Below are positions 1 through 10,469 of a DNA stretch of 64,000 nt, in pieces. The notes below the pieces were generated by a model. That model was not told the DNA's origin. It saw only the letters and a program-made list of their open reading frames with translations, and searched no databases. The stretch is from Hellea sp. (GTDB taxonomy: Bacteria > Pseudomonadota > Alphaproteobacteria > Caulobacterales > Maricaulaceae), in contig JBELEM010000004.1 in NCBI GenBank assembly GCA_042093735.1, positions 12,407 to 76,406 on the forward strand, in the 5' to 3' direction. Numbering within the stretch: position 1 is the stretch's first letter; every line of letters starts with the position of its first letter. A program made the position numbers and the translations under genes.

Positions 1-1023
1 TTATTCAATACTTGGTATTTCATTGGAACTTCCTCAGAAATAAATTCAGGGAAAATGAAAAGAAAAGTTATTGCAGGACAACCTATAGTTATTGGAAGGC
101 GTAAAAATGGTTCTATTTTCGCCTTAAGAGACACTTGTCCGCATCGAGCCGCCCCGTTTTCAAAAGGCTGTATTATAAAAAATACAGTTGAATGCCCCTA
201 CCATGGATGGAGGTTTGATGTAGACTCTGGTATTTGTAAAACTATACCTTCTTTAACCTCGGATCAAAATTTAAAAATAGAAAGAATTTCAGTTCCGACA
301 TATATAACCAAAGAGCAAGACAATTTAATATGGGTTTACTTAGCAAACAATAAATGCACGAATAAGCCGAGCACAAAACCTTATAAGCTTCCATTTTCAA
401 CAAAAAAAGCAATTATCGATTACAGCTGCATATTAGAATGCAATATTGATCATGCTGTTATTGGCTTGATAGACCCAGCACATGGCCCATATGTTCATAA
501 ACAATGGTGGTGGCGATCACCTAAGAAGATACAAGATAAAATAAAATATTTTGAGCCTTACTTACTAGGCTTTACTATGAAACCGCACTCTCCATCTGCA
601 AACAGTTTCGCCTACAAGTTACTTGGAGGAAATCCAGTCACTGAAATTATCTTTCAAATTCCTGGTTTCAGAACCGAGGAAATAAAAATTGGTAAAAAAA
701 CTCTTCTGTCAATCACTATTGTAACCCCAGTTAGTGCGAATAAAACTGAAATACGCCAAATATTTTTTACCAACCTGAGAATTATAAAAATATTATCGCC
801 AATATTACAGATCTTTACCAAAAAATTTATCCAACAAGATGCGAGTATTATTAAACTTCAACAGCTAGGTCTGGCTTACAACCCTAAAATGATGCTTATT
901 GATGATGCTAACACCCAAGCAAAATGGTATTATGCGATAAAAAAGGAATGGAATGACTGCAATGAGAAAGGTCGTAAATTTCAAAATCCGGTAAAAGCAA
1001 CAACACTAAAATGGCGGACTTAG
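1..1023 (+). CDS. Rieske non-heme iron oxygenase alpha subunit (VanA/KshA-like fold), 5'-partial
   Basis: Rieske motif CPH...CPYH and mononuclear-Fe motif DPAHGPYVH. The frame is open from base 1 (LFNTWYFIG..., a typical Rieske-oxygenase N-terminal WY), so the true start probably lies upstream of the window. Confidence 0.85.
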   Translation, partial: LFNTWYFIGTSSEINSGKMKRKVIAGQPIVIGRRKNGSIFALRDTCPHRAAPFSKGCIIKNTVECPYHGWRFDVDSGICKTIPSLTSDQNLKIERISVPTYITKEQDNLIWVYLANNKCTNKPSTKPYKLPFSTKKAIIDYSCILECNIDHAVIGLIDPAHGPYVHKQWWWRSPKKIQDKIKYFEPYLLGFTMKPHSPSANSFAYKLLGGNPVTEIIFQIPGFRTEEIKIGKKTLLSITIVTPVSANKTEIRQIFFTNLRIIKILSPILQIFTKKFIQQDASIIKLQQLGLAYNPKMMLIDDANTQAKWYYAIKKEWNDCNEKGRKFQNPVKATTLKWRT

Positions 1024-1026
1024 AGT

Positions 1027-1905
1027 TTAATTTAATACCCTACCAGCTATTGCATCAAGTTTAGAAACCAAAAGACTATCACGACTTTCCTGAGGGGTTA
1101 TTATCGCAAAATCTAGATTTCTTTCAATACCTTGAGTTCCATCATCTCTAAGACCATAGTCCTTTATTATTTTTGAAAATTCGCTCACAGTATTTGAAGC
1201 CGTGAGGGCATTTTCATTTAAAATTTTAATAACAGCCGCGACATCCACATTGTCTTCACCTTCGCGCCAACAATCATAATCTGTTACCATTCCAACAGAA
1301 GCATATGGCAATTCTGCTTCTCTAGCGAGCTTTGCTTCTGGCATATTTGTCATTCCAATAACATCGCAACCCCAACTTCTGTAAAGGTTACTTTCAGCTT
1401 TAGTGGAAAACTGAGGTCCCTCCATCGCTAAGTACGTTCCTCTGTTATGAACTTTTACTCCAGTCGAATTAGCTGCTTTAAAAACAAGTTTTGCAAGCCG
1501 GTCACAGACTGGATTAGCGAGAGATACATGCGCGACTAACCCTTTTCCAAAAAAGCTTTTTTCGCGTTTAAAAGTTCTATCAATAAATTGATCTATTACA
1601 ACAAAATCTCCAGGTTGGTAATCTTCGCGCAAAGAACCAACAGCCGACAGTGAAATAAGGTCAGTACACCCAGCTCTTTTTAAAACATCTATATTTGCTC
1701 TATAATTAATATCACTGGGAGTTAGGCTATGCCCTCGACCATGCCTAGGTAAAAATCGAAGTTTAATTCCATTTATTTCAGCGAATAAAATAGAGTCAGA
1801 GGGTGGTCCCCAAGGGCTATCAATGGAAATCCACTCTTTATTTTCAAGCCCTTCTATATTGTATAAACCAGAACCTCCAATTATTCCTAAAATCCATTCA
1901 CTCAT
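1027..1905 (-). CDS. mtnP: S-methyl-5'-thioadenosine phosphorylase
   Basis: Motifs GIIGGSG, RHGRGH, EGPQFSTKAES, IGMTNMPEAKLAREA and VTDYDCW. Confidence 0.95.
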   Translation of the reverse strand: MSEWILGIIGGSGLYNIEGLENKEWISIDSPWGPPSDSILFAEINGIKLRFLPRHGRGHSLTPSDINYRANIDVLKRAGCTDLISLSAVGSLREDYQPGDFVVIDQFIDRTFKREKSFFGKGLVAHVSLANPVCDRLAKLVFKAANSTGVKVHNRGTYLAMEGPQFSTKAESNLYRSWGCDVIGMTNMPEAKLAREAELPYASVGMVTDYDCWREGEDNVDVAAVIKILNENALTASNTVSEFSKIIKDYGLRDDGTQGIERNLDFAIITPQESRDSLLVSKLDAIAGRVLN

Positions 1906-1924
1906 AATAATCTTCTAAATCTCC

Positions 1925-1958
1925 AAATAAAAAAACCGCCTGTAATGAAACGGCGGTT
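1925..1958 (-). terminator. Rho-independent terminator of petABC
   Basis: Inverted repeat AACCGCC(1934-1940)/GGCGGTT(1952-1958) followed on the minus strand by a T-tract, just downstream of the petC stop. Confidence 0.75.
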
Positions 1959-1981
1959 GATTTATAAAACTATAAAAATAT

Positions 1982-2803
1982 TTAATGCTCAACGTCTTTC
2001 CAGACTCGCTTATAAGAAAACCAAAGTAATATTGCAAGAATAGTCAAATAGAGCATTGTCATTAGTCCAGCACTTTTCCTCTGTTCCATTTTTGGGTCAG
2101 ACGACCACGCTAAAAATTCAGTAACATCTGCAGCCATTTGTTCTACCGTAGCAGGTGTGCCATCAGCATATTCTACTATATCTTCAGTTAAAGGGGCAAC
2201 CATAGCAATGGCTCCTCCATCCATGACTGGATTATAACTTAAACCTGGACCCATAACCATATCTTTTGGCATTTCAGCGTCGTAAGCCAACAAAAGATTA
2301 TAAATGTAATCCGCGCCGCCATTTCTAGCTGAAACTATCACCGATAAATCGGGAGGGAGACCACCTCCGTTACTGGCTCTGGCAGCAGCATCATTCGGAT
2401 ATATAGCTGGAAATTTATCCGCAGGAACACCCGGGCGCTCTAAAATATCACCGGTTTCTCCATCTATACTTTCAATACTCCAGTCAGCAGCAAAATTCTT
2501 TACAAGAGGGTTATCGTTAGGGTTTGGATAACGCTCATCGTAAAAAGGAGCCCCTTGGTCGCCTAGGTGTCTAAACGATAGATGCTTAAGTTGATGACAA
2601 GATGAACATACTTCTCGATATACCTGATATCCGCGTTGGGCAGATGCCTTGTCGTAAGTTCCAAAAGCACCATTGAAATGCCAGTGCTTATGCTTCATTT
2701 CATAGTCGCCTGTGTTACTGTCCCCGGCGGCATGACCCACCCCCGTGAAAGTTGTAATTACAAGAGCTACTACGACGAAAATTAGCTTAGCATTAAAATA
2801 CAT
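1982..2803 (-). CDS. petC: Cytochrome c1
   Basis: Signal peptide, QRGYQVYREVCSSCH heme motif, PPDLS, C-terminal TM anchor; third gene of the pet operon. Confidence 0.97.
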   Translation of the reverse strand: MYFNAKLIFVVVALVITTFTGVGHAAGDSNTGDYEMKHKHWHFNGAFGTYDKASAQRGYQVYREVCSSCHQLKHLSFRHLGDQGAPFYDERYPNPNDNPLVKNFAADWSIESIDGETGDILERPGVPADKFPAIYPNDAAARASNGGGLPPDLSVIVSARNGGADYIYNLLLAYDAEMPKDMVMGPGLSYNPVMDGGAIAMVAPLTEDIVEYADGTPATVEQMAADVTEFLAWSSDPKMEQRKSAGLMTMLYLTILAILLWFSYKRVWKDVEH

Positions 2804-2812
2804 CTCAACCCC

Positions 2813-4111
2813 CTATTCAGCTGGCACAATTGCGGTATGTTTAATATCGCCAAGTACTGCCTTAGTGATTGAATCTGGACGGTCTTTTGGGGTTTCTACA
2901 AGACCTAGTATGGGCAATATTAAGACAAAATATGCAAAATAATAAATAGTTGCAATGCGTGAAAGCCACGTAAAATTAAGTCCTCTTACTTGTCCCGTTG
3001 CATCTGTCCCAAAAGGTATGGCAATGTTATCAGGTGTTTCAGCTCCACACCAGCCAAGTATGAAACAGAAAAATAGGAAAATCCAAAAGAACCATTTTGC
3101 TACCGGACGAAACCTCATTGATCGAACTTTTGAAGTATCAAGCCACGGCAGTACAAATAAAACAACTATAGCTCCCAACATTAGTACAATCCCGAGAAGC
3201 TTATCCGGTACAGCACGTAGTATTGCGTAGAAAGGTAAAAAATACCATTCTGGTACAATGTGTGGGGGCGTCTTAAGTGCATCAGCCTCGATGTAGTTAT
3301 CGGCGTGACCTAACGCGTCAGGCTGGTAAAATATAAAAAAAGCAAAAATCAGTAGAAAAACTACAACTGCAAAACCATCCTTGATGGTGTAGTAAGGGTG
3401 AAAACTTAGTGTGTCTTGTTTTGTTTTTGTTGTAATACCTATCGGATTATTCTGGCCAACATGATGTAAGGCCCAGATATGCAAGCCTACAAGTCCTGCA
3501 ATTACAAAAGGCAGAAGATAATGAAGAGCAAAGAAACGATTTAAGGTTGCATTATCTACTGCATAACCTCCCAATAGCCACTGTTGTAAACTCTCTCCGA
3601 CAACAGGTACTGCGCCAAAAAAACCAGTAATGACTGTTGCACCCCAAAAAGACATTTGTCCCCATGGGAGCGTGTACCCAAGAAATCCAGTCGCCATCAT
3701 TATTAGATAAATCAAACAACCAATTATCCACAGAACTTCTCTCGGCGCTTTGTAAGATCCATAGTAAAGGCCTCTAAACATATGCACATAAACTGCCAGA
3801 AAAAACATTGAGGCACCAACTGCATGCATAGGCTGCAAAAGCCAACCAAATGGTACATCTCGTCGAATACGCTGAACAGAGTCAAAAGCAAGGTCGACGT
3901 GAGGAACATAATGCATAGCGAGGATTATGCCTGTTATTATTTGGGATACTAAACATAACGTCAGAATTCCTCCAAATGTATACCAGTAATTTAGATTTCT
4001 AGGAGATGGAAACGTCATGAAGTCTGCACCCATGCGAACTATAGGAAGACGGGTGTCGAGCCATTTTGTGGCAGCATATTTGGGTTCGTATGTAGAAGGG
4101 TGTCCGCTCAT
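2813..4111 (-). CDS. petB: Cytochrome b
   Basis: Motifs PWGQMSFWGATVIT and PEWY; heme-ligand histidines present. Confidence 0.98.
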   Translation of the reverse strand: MSGHPSTYEPKYAATKWLDTRLPIVRMGADFMTFPSPRNLNYWYTFGGILTLCLVSQIITGIILAMHYVPHVDLAFDSVQRIRRDVPFGWLLQPMHAVGASMFFLAVYVHMFRGLYYGSYKAPREVLWIIGCLIYLIMMATGFLGYTLPWGQMSFWGATVITGFFGAVPVVGESLQQWLLGGYAVDNATLNRFFALHYLLPFVIAGLVGLHIWALHHVGQNNPIGITTKTKQDTLSFHPYYTIKDGFAVVVFLLIFAFFIFYQPDALGHADNYIEADALKTPPHIVPEWYFLPFYAILRAVPDKLLGIVLMLGAIVVLFVLPWLDTSKVRSMRFRPVAKWFFWIFLFFCFILGWCGAETPDNIAIPFGTDATGQVRGLNFTWLSRIATIYYFAYFVLILPILGLVETPKDRPDSITKAVLGDIKHTAIVPAE

Positions 4112-4113
4112 AT

Positions 4114-4674
4114 TTAACCTACCTTAATAACCGTATCTGAAACATATTTATATTCTGGAATTGCCATGTTCTTAGGGGCCGGACCTTTGCGAATACGGCC
4201 AGATGTATCGTAATGAGAGCCATGACAAGGACAATACCAACCATTAAAATCGCCAGATTCTCCAACTGGAATACACCCAAAGTGCGTACAAACCCCAATC
4301 ATCACAAGATAACGTGGGTCGACAGTTCCGTCTGGCTTGGCAATCAATCGTGCGCTATCTTCTTCGGGATCTGGACAATCACTTATGAGCGTGTCTTCAG
4401 CAATCTTTATCTCTGCAGGAGTTCTGTGTCTGACAAAGACAGGCTTTCCCCTCCATAACATTTTAAGCTGTTGCCCTTCCGCCACTTTAGATACATCTAT
4501 TTCTATTGATCCCGCAGCCAATGTATCAGCGGCTTTACCCATCTGCGCTACCAGGGGCCAACCCAAAGAAACAGCACCAGCTGCTGCTGCTGCTCCTGTA
4601 GCTATAAAAATAAAATCTCGTTTGCCTTCATCATCGACTGCAGTGACTACATCTAATTTTCGATCATCGGACAT
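4114..4674 (-). CDS. petA: Ubiquinol-cytochrome c reductase Rieske Fe-S subunit
   Basis: Motifs CTHFGC and CPCHGSHYD...GPAP. Confidence 0.98.
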   Translation of the reverse strand: MSDDRKLDVVTAVDDEGKRDFIFIATGAAAAAGAVSLGWPLVAQMGKAADTLAAGSIEIDVSKVAEGQQLKMLWRGKPVFVRHRTPAEIKIAEDTLISDCPDPEEDSARLIAKPDGTVDPRYLVMIGVCTHFGCIPVGESGDFNGWYCPCHGSHYDTSGRIRKGPAPKNMAIPEYKYVSDTVIKVG

Positions 4675-4824
4675 AATCTGTCCACTCCTTTTCGGTGCGA
4701 TAGCATTTCATATTATTCTATAGCGTTATTACGTACAGCGTTCTATATACATATGAGAAGAACATCCATAGTTTATTCGCGCTAAAACGACGCAATGCGA
4801 CACATTTTATTAGGGTACATATTT

Positions 4825-5277
4825 ATGAAAATTATTCTCTACCAACCTGATATGGCTGGAAATTTTGGAGCAATTATGCGATCTTGTGCATGTTTTGGTA
4901 TAGGTTTAGAAGTAATTGAACCCTGCGGTTTTCCTCTTACCTCTAAAGCAATTCGTCTAGCAGCTATGGATTACGGATCACCACAAGAAATTATTAGGCA
5001 TAAAAGTTGGAACAGCTTTATGAATATTCCCGACTCAGGAAGGTTGATATTACTTACCACAAAAGGTGCAACACCCTTAAACGACTTTCAGTTCCGTAGT
5101 GATGATCGTTTAATTTTTGGGCAAGAGAGTGCCGGAGTTCCTGAGACAGTTCACTCAGTCTCAGACGAAAAAATTATTATACCTATTGCGACAGGTATGA
5201 GAAGTTTTAACTTAGCAACATCGGTTGTAATCGCTGCTTATGAGGGATTACGACAATTGAACCGCCTACCCAGCTAA
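4825..5277 (+). CDS. trmL: tRNA (cytidine/uridine-34 2'-O)-methyltransferase, SPOUT family
   Basis: Motifs LYQPDMAGNFGAIMRSC, FGQESAGVP and MRSFNLA. Start placed at ATG 4825 (MKIILYQP) rather than 4795. Confidence 0.9.
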   Translation: MKIILYQPDMAGNFGAIMRSCACFGIGLEVIEPCGFPLTSKAIRLAAMDYGSPQEIIRHKSWNSFMNIPDSGRLILLTTKGATPLNDFQFRSDDRLIFGQESAGVPETVHSVSDEKIIIPIATGMRSFNLATSVVIAAYEGLRQLNRLPS

Positions 5278-5371
5278 TAACATATCATTTAAGAAAATTT
5301 CTCATAGACCAAAGATTTTTTCAGCTGTAAACATCAAAATACAAACCTATTTACTTTGACAGGCTCATAAA

Positions 5372-6235
5372 TTGCAAAATTTAAAAAAAACTAAGGCAAC
5401 TGTTTGGTTCAAAGAACTCAGAGATATAATTTGTAATGAATTTGAAAAACTTGAAAAGGAAGCACCTGCAGAACTATACGGAAATACAGCTGGTAAATTT
5501 ATCTATGAGGATTGGTTGCGAAATGAAAAAAATGGAGGTGGTGGAACTGGGGGAATGCTTCGAGGGCGGCTTTTTGAAAAATGCGGAGTTCATATTTCAA
5601 CAGTAAATGGAGAGTTTGAAGGAGAAATGAGAGAAAAAACTCCTGGAGCAAAAGAGGATCCAAGGTTTTGGGCGGCAGGAATTTCGCTTATCGCTCACAT
5701 GCGCAACCCACATGTACCTAGTGTTCATTTTAATACTAGGTACATAGTCACAACCAAAGGATGGTTTGGCGGAGGTGGTGATTTAACACCTACTCAAGCT
5801 AAAGATCGCGTTCAAACCTCTGAAGATGCTCTAGATTTTCATGCCGGGATGCGTACTGTTTGCGAGAAGCATTCAGTAGCTGATTACAACAAATTTAAAG
5901 ACTGGTGTGATGACTACTTCTTTTTACATCACCGCTCAGAACCACGAGGAGTAGGTGGTATATTTTACGATAGATTAGATAGTGGTGACTGGGAAGCAGA
6001 CTTTGCCTTTACAAAAGATTTAGGTGTCCATTTTAAGAATACATATACAAACATTGTAAGAAAAAGAATGTTTGATGAATGGACAAATGAAGATAGGGAA
6101 GAACAGCTGATACAAAGGGGCAGATATGTGGAGTTTAATCTTCTCTGGGATAGAGGGACCACATTTGGTTTAAAAACAGGCGGGAATATTAAAACCATCT
6201 TAAGCTCTTTGCCTCCAGTTGTTAAGTGGCCTTAA
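5372..6235 (+). CDS. hemF: Oxygen-dependent coproporphyrinogen III oxidase
   Basis: Motifs [19 protein letters not shown] and [19 protein letters not shown]. Confidence 0.97.
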   Translation: MQNLKKTKATVWFKELRDIICNEFEKLEKEAPAELYGNTAGKFIYEDWLRNEKNGGGGTGGMLRGRLFEKCGVHISTVNGEFEGEMREKTPGAKEDPRFWAAGISLIAHMRNPHVPSVHFNTRYIVTTKGWFGGGGDLTPTQAKDRVQTSEDALDFHAGMRTVCEKHSVADYNKFKDWCDDYFFLHHRSEPRGVGGIFYDRLDSGDWEADFAFTKDLGVHFKNTYTNIVRKRMFDEWTNEDREEQLIQRGRYVEFNLLWDRGTTFGLKTGGNIKTILSSLPPVVKWP

Positions 6236-6268
6236 AGCAAGATTTAGTTATTTAAAGGAAAGATTAAA

Positions 6269-6835
6269 TTGATCAAAAACTTCATTTGCGCCGGATTATT
6301 TATTTTTATATTTTCCAACACATTATTAGCCCAAATAATCGTTCAGGGTGGTGGCATAGCCAATGACTGCTACAAAAATACAAAATTAGAAAGCACTAGC
6401 AAGTTAACGTCAATTAATATTTGTTACAAAGCACTTAAAGAACCATTGTCAAAAAAAGACAAAGCTGCAACTCATGTTAATCTCGGTATTTTATTGATGA
6501 GAAGAGGCGAATATCTCAAAGCACAAGAGCAATATACTAAAGCAGCGAGAGCTCAGCCTGAATTATCAGAAATATATATTAATTTAGCGGCAAGTAAAAT
6601 TTACACTAAAAATTATATGCATGCCATTGAAGCGGCAACTAAGGCCATAGAGATGGGAACAGACAAACTGCCTGAAGCACTATACAATAGAGCTATAGCT
6701 CATGATAATTTGGGATTATCAGAAAAAGCTTTAGCAGATTTAGTTTTAGCTCTCGAAATACGACCCAACTGGCCGCCAGCCACAAATATGATTTCACTAT
6801 ATGATAAAAATAGTAAAATTACTAAAAGTAAATAA
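6269..6835 (+). CDS. Exported tetratricopeptide-repeat protein
   Basis: N-terminal signal peptide; TPR-like helices (ATHVNLGILL, IYINLAAS, ALYNRAIAH). Confidence 0.75.
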   Translation: MIKNFICAGLFIFIFSNTLLAQIIVQGGGIANDCYKNTKLESTSKLTSINICYKALKEPLSKKDKAATHVNLGILLMRRGEYLKAQEQYTKAARAQPELSEIYINLAASKIYTKNYMHAIEAATKAIEMGTDKLPEALYNRAIAHDNLGLSEKALADLVLALEIRPNWPPATNMISLYDKNSKITKSK

Positions 6836-6907
6836 AAGTCTTATTCAAGCTTGAGTTTACAGTTCACTTCTTTAACATAAAACACTAGAAAACAAGGCAT
6901 TATTAGC

Positions 6908-7438
6908 ATGAAAAAAATACAATCAGAATATAGTTATGATGACTTAATAATAAGCGGAGAGGAAAGTCTATTTGGTCCAGGGAACGCCAAATTACCTGCT
7001 CCGCCAATGCTCATGTTGGATAAAATTAGTCACATAGGACTTGATGACGGTCCGTTTTCTAAAGGAAGTGTAATCGCAGAACTTCAAATAAACCCAGGTC
7101 TCTGGTTTTTTGATTGTCATTTTAAAGGAGATCCCGTTATGCCGGGATGCCTGGGGTTAGATGCAATGTGGCAACTAGTGGGTTTTTGGTTGGGCTGGTC
7201 AGGGTCGCCCGGGCGCGGAAGAGCACTTGGTGTTGGGAAAGTAAAATTTACAGGGCAAGTAACTCCAGATGTAAAGAAGGTTAGATATGAAATAGATCTC
7301 AAAAGAGTAATTCGCAGAAAACTTGTGCTCGGTATAGCTGATGGAAGAATGTATTCTGATAACAATTTGATCTACAAAGCAGATGATTTACGTGTTGGTT
7401 TGTTTGTTCCTGAAAATTCAGAAAAAGAGGTATTGTAA
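6908..7438 (+). CDS. fabA: 3-hydroxyacyl-ACP dehydratase/isomerase
   Basis: Motifs LPAPPMLM and [21 protein letters not shown]. Confidence 0.97.
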   Translation: MKKIQSEYSYDDLIISGEESLFGPGNAKLPAPPMLMLDKISHIGLDDGPFSKGSVIAELQINPGLWFFDCHFKGDPVMPGCLGLDAMWQLVGFWLGWSGSPGRGRALGVGKVKFTGQVTPDVKKVRYEIDLKRVIRRKLVLGIADGRMYSDNNLIYKADDLRVGLFVPENSEKEVL

Positions 7439-8664
7439 TGCGAAGAGTTGTAATAACGGGCATTGGAATAGTTTCATGCATTGGTAATAACAAAGACGAA
7501 GTTGCGAAAAGTCTAAAAAACGGGACTTCAGGAATTACAAAAGATGAAAGAATGGCCGAGCTAGGCTTTAGAAGTCAAATATCAGGTCGACCAACACTTG
7601 TTGCAAAGGATCATGTACCAAAAAGGTCATACCGCTTTATGAGTGATGCCGCAGGATGGAGTGCGGTTTCAATGCAGCAAGCTATTGATGACTCTGGATT
7701 AAATGAGGAACAAGTGTCTAATGACCGCACGGGTATAATAGCAGGCTCGGGCGGACCAAGTGCAATAGAAATTGTAAGGGCAGCTGATATAACACGTAAA
7801 AATACTTCACCTAAACGCATTGGGCCCTTTGCAGTTCCTAAAGCAATGTCGTCAACTGTGTCTGCTACATTGGCTACGCACTTCAAAATTAAAGGCGTGA
7901 ATTATTCCATTACATCGGCTTGCACCACATCATTGCATTGCATTGGTGCAGCTTGCGAGCAAATACAATGGGGGAAACAAGATATTATGTTTGCCGGAGG
8001 AGGTGAAGAAGTTGAGTGGGCAATGTCCTCTTTGTTTGATGCAATGGGTGCTATGAGTAGCAAATATAATAGCACTCCAGAGACTGCTTCAAGAGCATTT
8101 GATGTTAGTCGTGACGGCTTTGTAATAGCAGGTGGTGCAGGAATGGTTGTTTTAGAAGACTATGAGCATGCTCTTGCAAGAGGTGCTAAAATATATGCAG
8201 AAATAACAGGTTATGCGGCAACATCTGATGGATATGATATGGTTGCTCCATCAGGGGAAGGTGCAGAAAGAGCAATGCGAATGGCATTAAATGACGCTAA
8301 AGCAAAAGGAATTACAAGAATCGATTATATTAATCCTCACGCAACTTCGACGCCAGTTGGAGATGTGGCTGAAACAGGTGCAATTCATCGGGTTTTCAAA
8401 GACGATTGTCCCTACATATCAGCTACTAAGTGCTTGACTGGGCACAGCTTGGGTGCAGCAGGGGTTCAAGAGGCCATTTATAGCTTGATTATGATGGATA
8501 AAGGGTTTGTTGCACCATCTATCAATATAACTGAGCTGGACCCTGAACTTCCAAAGGTCAACATTGTAACTAAGATGATCGAAACAAATTTGACTTCAGT
8601 GATGTCAAACAGTTTTGGGTTTGGTGGTACTAATGGAAGTGTAATATTTACTAAAGTTAAATAA
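7438..8664 (+). CDS. fabB: Beta-ketoacyl-ACP synthase I
   Basis: Motifs SACTTS, HATST, GHSLGA and [10 protein letters not shown]; lies in the fabA-fabB-fabI operon. Confidence 0.95.
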   Translation: MRRVVITGIGIVSCIGNNKDEVAKSLKNGTSGITKDERMAELGFRSQISGRPTLVAKDHVPKRSYRFMSDAAGWSAVSMQQAIDDSGLNEEQVSNDRTGIIAGSGGPSAIEIVRAADITRKNTSPKRIGPFAVPKAMSSTVSATLATHFKIKGVNYSITSACTTSLHCIGAACEQIQWGKQDIMFAGGGEEVEWAMSSLFDAMGAMSSKYNSTPETASRAFDVSRDGFVIAGGAGMVVLEDYEHALARGAKIYAEITGYAATSDGYDMVAPSGEGAERAMRMALNDAKAKGITRIDYINPHATSTPVGDVAETGAIHRVFKDDCPYISATKCLTGHSLGAAGVQEAIYSLIMMDKGFVAPSINITELDPELPKVNIVTKMIETNLTSVMSNSFGFGGTNGSVIFTKVK

Positions 8665-8727
8665 TAATTTATCTATGACACTGCTATTTTTAGTTATTTA
8701 GCAGCTACAACTATAAAGGATAGTACA

Positions 8728-9561
8728 ATGGCAGATCAACATTTTCCAACTGGTACTTTAATGGCAGGAAAGCGCGGCCTTGTCATGGGAGTTGCTAACA
8801 AAAATTCAATCGCATGGGCTATTGCGCGTCAGCTATCTTCTCAAGGAGCGGAGCTAGCCTTTACTTATCAGGGAGAAGCACTTTTACGTCGTGTGAAACC
8901 ACTTGCTGAGTCCATAGGCTCATCAATACTTTGTGAATGCGATGTCACAAACGATGAAACAATGGATTCAACTTTTTCAAAACTTGAAACAGAATGGGGT
9001 AAAATTGATTTTTTAGTTCATGCCATTGCATTCGCCGGTAAAGATCAATTAGCTGGAAGTTTTATAAAAAATACAACGCGAGAAGGCTTTAAATCAGCTC
9101 TAGACATATCAGCTTACAGTTTTGTGGATGCTGGAAGGCGTGCTGCTGAAATTATGAATGACGGTGGATCTATGATCACCCTTACATACCTTGGTTCTGA
9201 AAGAGTTATCCCTAACTACAATGTAATGGGAGTTGCAAAAGCTGCTTTAGAGGCGAGTACTCGTTACATGGCGGCTGATTTAGGGCCCAGACAAATTAGG
9301 GTAAATGCCATATCTGCCGGACCGATCAAAACACTTGCAGCTGCGGGTATTGGATCTGGGCGACACATGTTCAGATTTAACAAGGCTGCTAGTTCACTTC
9401 AGGACAACACAGATCCCATGGGAGTTGCGGGTGCGGCTTTGTATCTTCTTTCTGATCTTGGACTTTCTTGTACCGGTGAAACACATCATGTTGATGGGGG
9501 TTTTCATTCAGTAGGGATGCCCCAAGAGCTAGCCCTTAAAGAAAGCCTAGGTATTAGTTAA
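8728..9561 (+). CDS. fabI: Enoyl-ACP reductase
   Basis: Motifs GVANKNSIAW, YNVMGVAKAALE and ISAGPIKTLA. Confidence 0.97.
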   Translation: MADQHFPTGTLMAGKRGLVMGVANKNSIAWAIARQLSSQGAELAFTYQGEALLRRVKPLAESIGSSILCECDVTNDETMDSTFSKLETEWGKIDFLVHAIAFAGKDQLAGSFIKNTTREGFKSALDISAYSFVDAGRRAAEIMNDGGSMITLTYLGSERVIPNYNVMGVAKAALEASTRYMAADLGPRQIRVNAISAGPIKTLAAAGIGSGRHMFRFNKAASSLQDNTDPMGVAGAALYLLSDLGLSCTGETHHVDGGFHSVGMPQELALKESLGIS

Positions 9562-9583
9562 ACTTTAACATAACTATAAATTA

Positions 9584-9922
9584 TTAGACTAAACTCTCTA
9601 AATCTTCGCGAGAAAGATTAGCAGCTGCGAAATAAACTAACTCTAATGTTACGGTAGGACGACCTTGAGATACCACCTGAGATATGAAATTTAAATAATT
9701 TGCATTTTCTAAACTAATGCGAATAGTTGTTCTTTTATTGGTTGAAAGTCGAATTTCAGAGAACCACTCTGTTATCTCGGAATTATGATATTCTTCTCTT
9801 ATATGATTTAGTATTAAATTGATTACCTTTGAACGTGCTTTTGTTTTTAAACGTCTCCCCATCTGCCTGATTAATTTTTCAGCACCTGGTTCGATTAGCA
9901 TTTCAATAGCTTTTGTACCCAT
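9584..9922 (-). CDS. Hypothetical protein, predicted tandem ribbon-helix-helix DNA-binding protein
   Basis: ORF fills the gap between fabI and ribD (ATG 9922; in-frame TTG 9940). Two beta-alpha-alpha-like units recognised by eye. Confidence 0.6.
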   Translation of the reverse strand: MGTKAIEMLIEPGAEKLIRQMGRRLKTKARSKVINLILNHIREEYHNSEITEWFSEIRLSTNKRTTIRISLENANYLNFISQVVSQGRPTVTLELVYFAAANLSREDLESLV

Positions 9923-9944
9923 AATAAAGATTTTGCACAAATAA

Positions 9945-9960
9945 GTTAATGAAAACTTAA
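9945..9960 (-). promoter_or_regulatory. CtrA-type binding site TTAA-N7-TTAAC
   Basis: Minus strand reads TTAA-GTTTTCA-TTAAC, 23 bp upstream of ATG 9922. The AT-rich background makes chance matches possible. Confidence 0.45.
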
Positions 9961-10031
9961 TAAAGTTAGGAATATGAAAGGCAAACTGACCATATATAAA
10001 TTAAATTATAAAAAATTTATGGATGCATAAA

Positions 10032-10469
10032 TCAATTTGGTTCTTGAATATTATGTCTTTTAAAAAAGTCAGAATTGACTTTATAAGCTTCATTCTCACA
10101 AATGCCTACAATAGTATCTATTCCAGCTTCCTGAAGAAGCGCCGCTCCGCGCCAATTTACTCTAGTGTCAGGATCAATAATTGCAATCACGCAACTTTTT
10201 ATACCTGCTGAGATTAAAGCATTAACACACGGTGCAGTCTGTCCATAATGAGAACATGGCTCTAGAGTTACATAAACCGTTGAGCCCCTCGCCTTATCTC
10301 CAGCAATCTGAAGAGCGTTTGTTTCGCCATGAGGCCTGCCCCCATCTGATGTTACCCCGCTTGCAATTACTCTATTATTTTTAACTATAATGCAGCCTAC
10401 TGATGGATTTTCTCCAGTCTTACCCAACTGCTTTTTTGACAAATCAAGCGCAATTTTCATCCATTTCAC
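10032..10469 (-). CDS. ribD: Diaminohydroxyphosphoribosylaminopyrimidine deaminase (RibD deaminase domain only)
   Basis: Motifs ENPSVGC, HGE, TLEPCSHYGQTAPC and DPD; ends after 145 aa with no reductase domain. Confidence 0.85.
   Translation of the reverse strand: MKWMKIALDLSKKQLGKTGENPSVGCIIVKNNRVIASGVTSDGGRPHGETNALQIAGDKARGSTVYVTLEPCSHYGQTAPCVNALISAGIKSCVIAIIDPDTRVNWRGAALLQEAGIDTIVGICENEAYKVNSDFFKRHNIQEPN

Noticed and set aside
1919-1933. ATCTCCAAATAAAAA next to both the pet terminator and the terminator at 33165
   Set aside because: Two short copies are explained by a T-tract followed by a GGAG-like RBS; no evidence of a repeat family.
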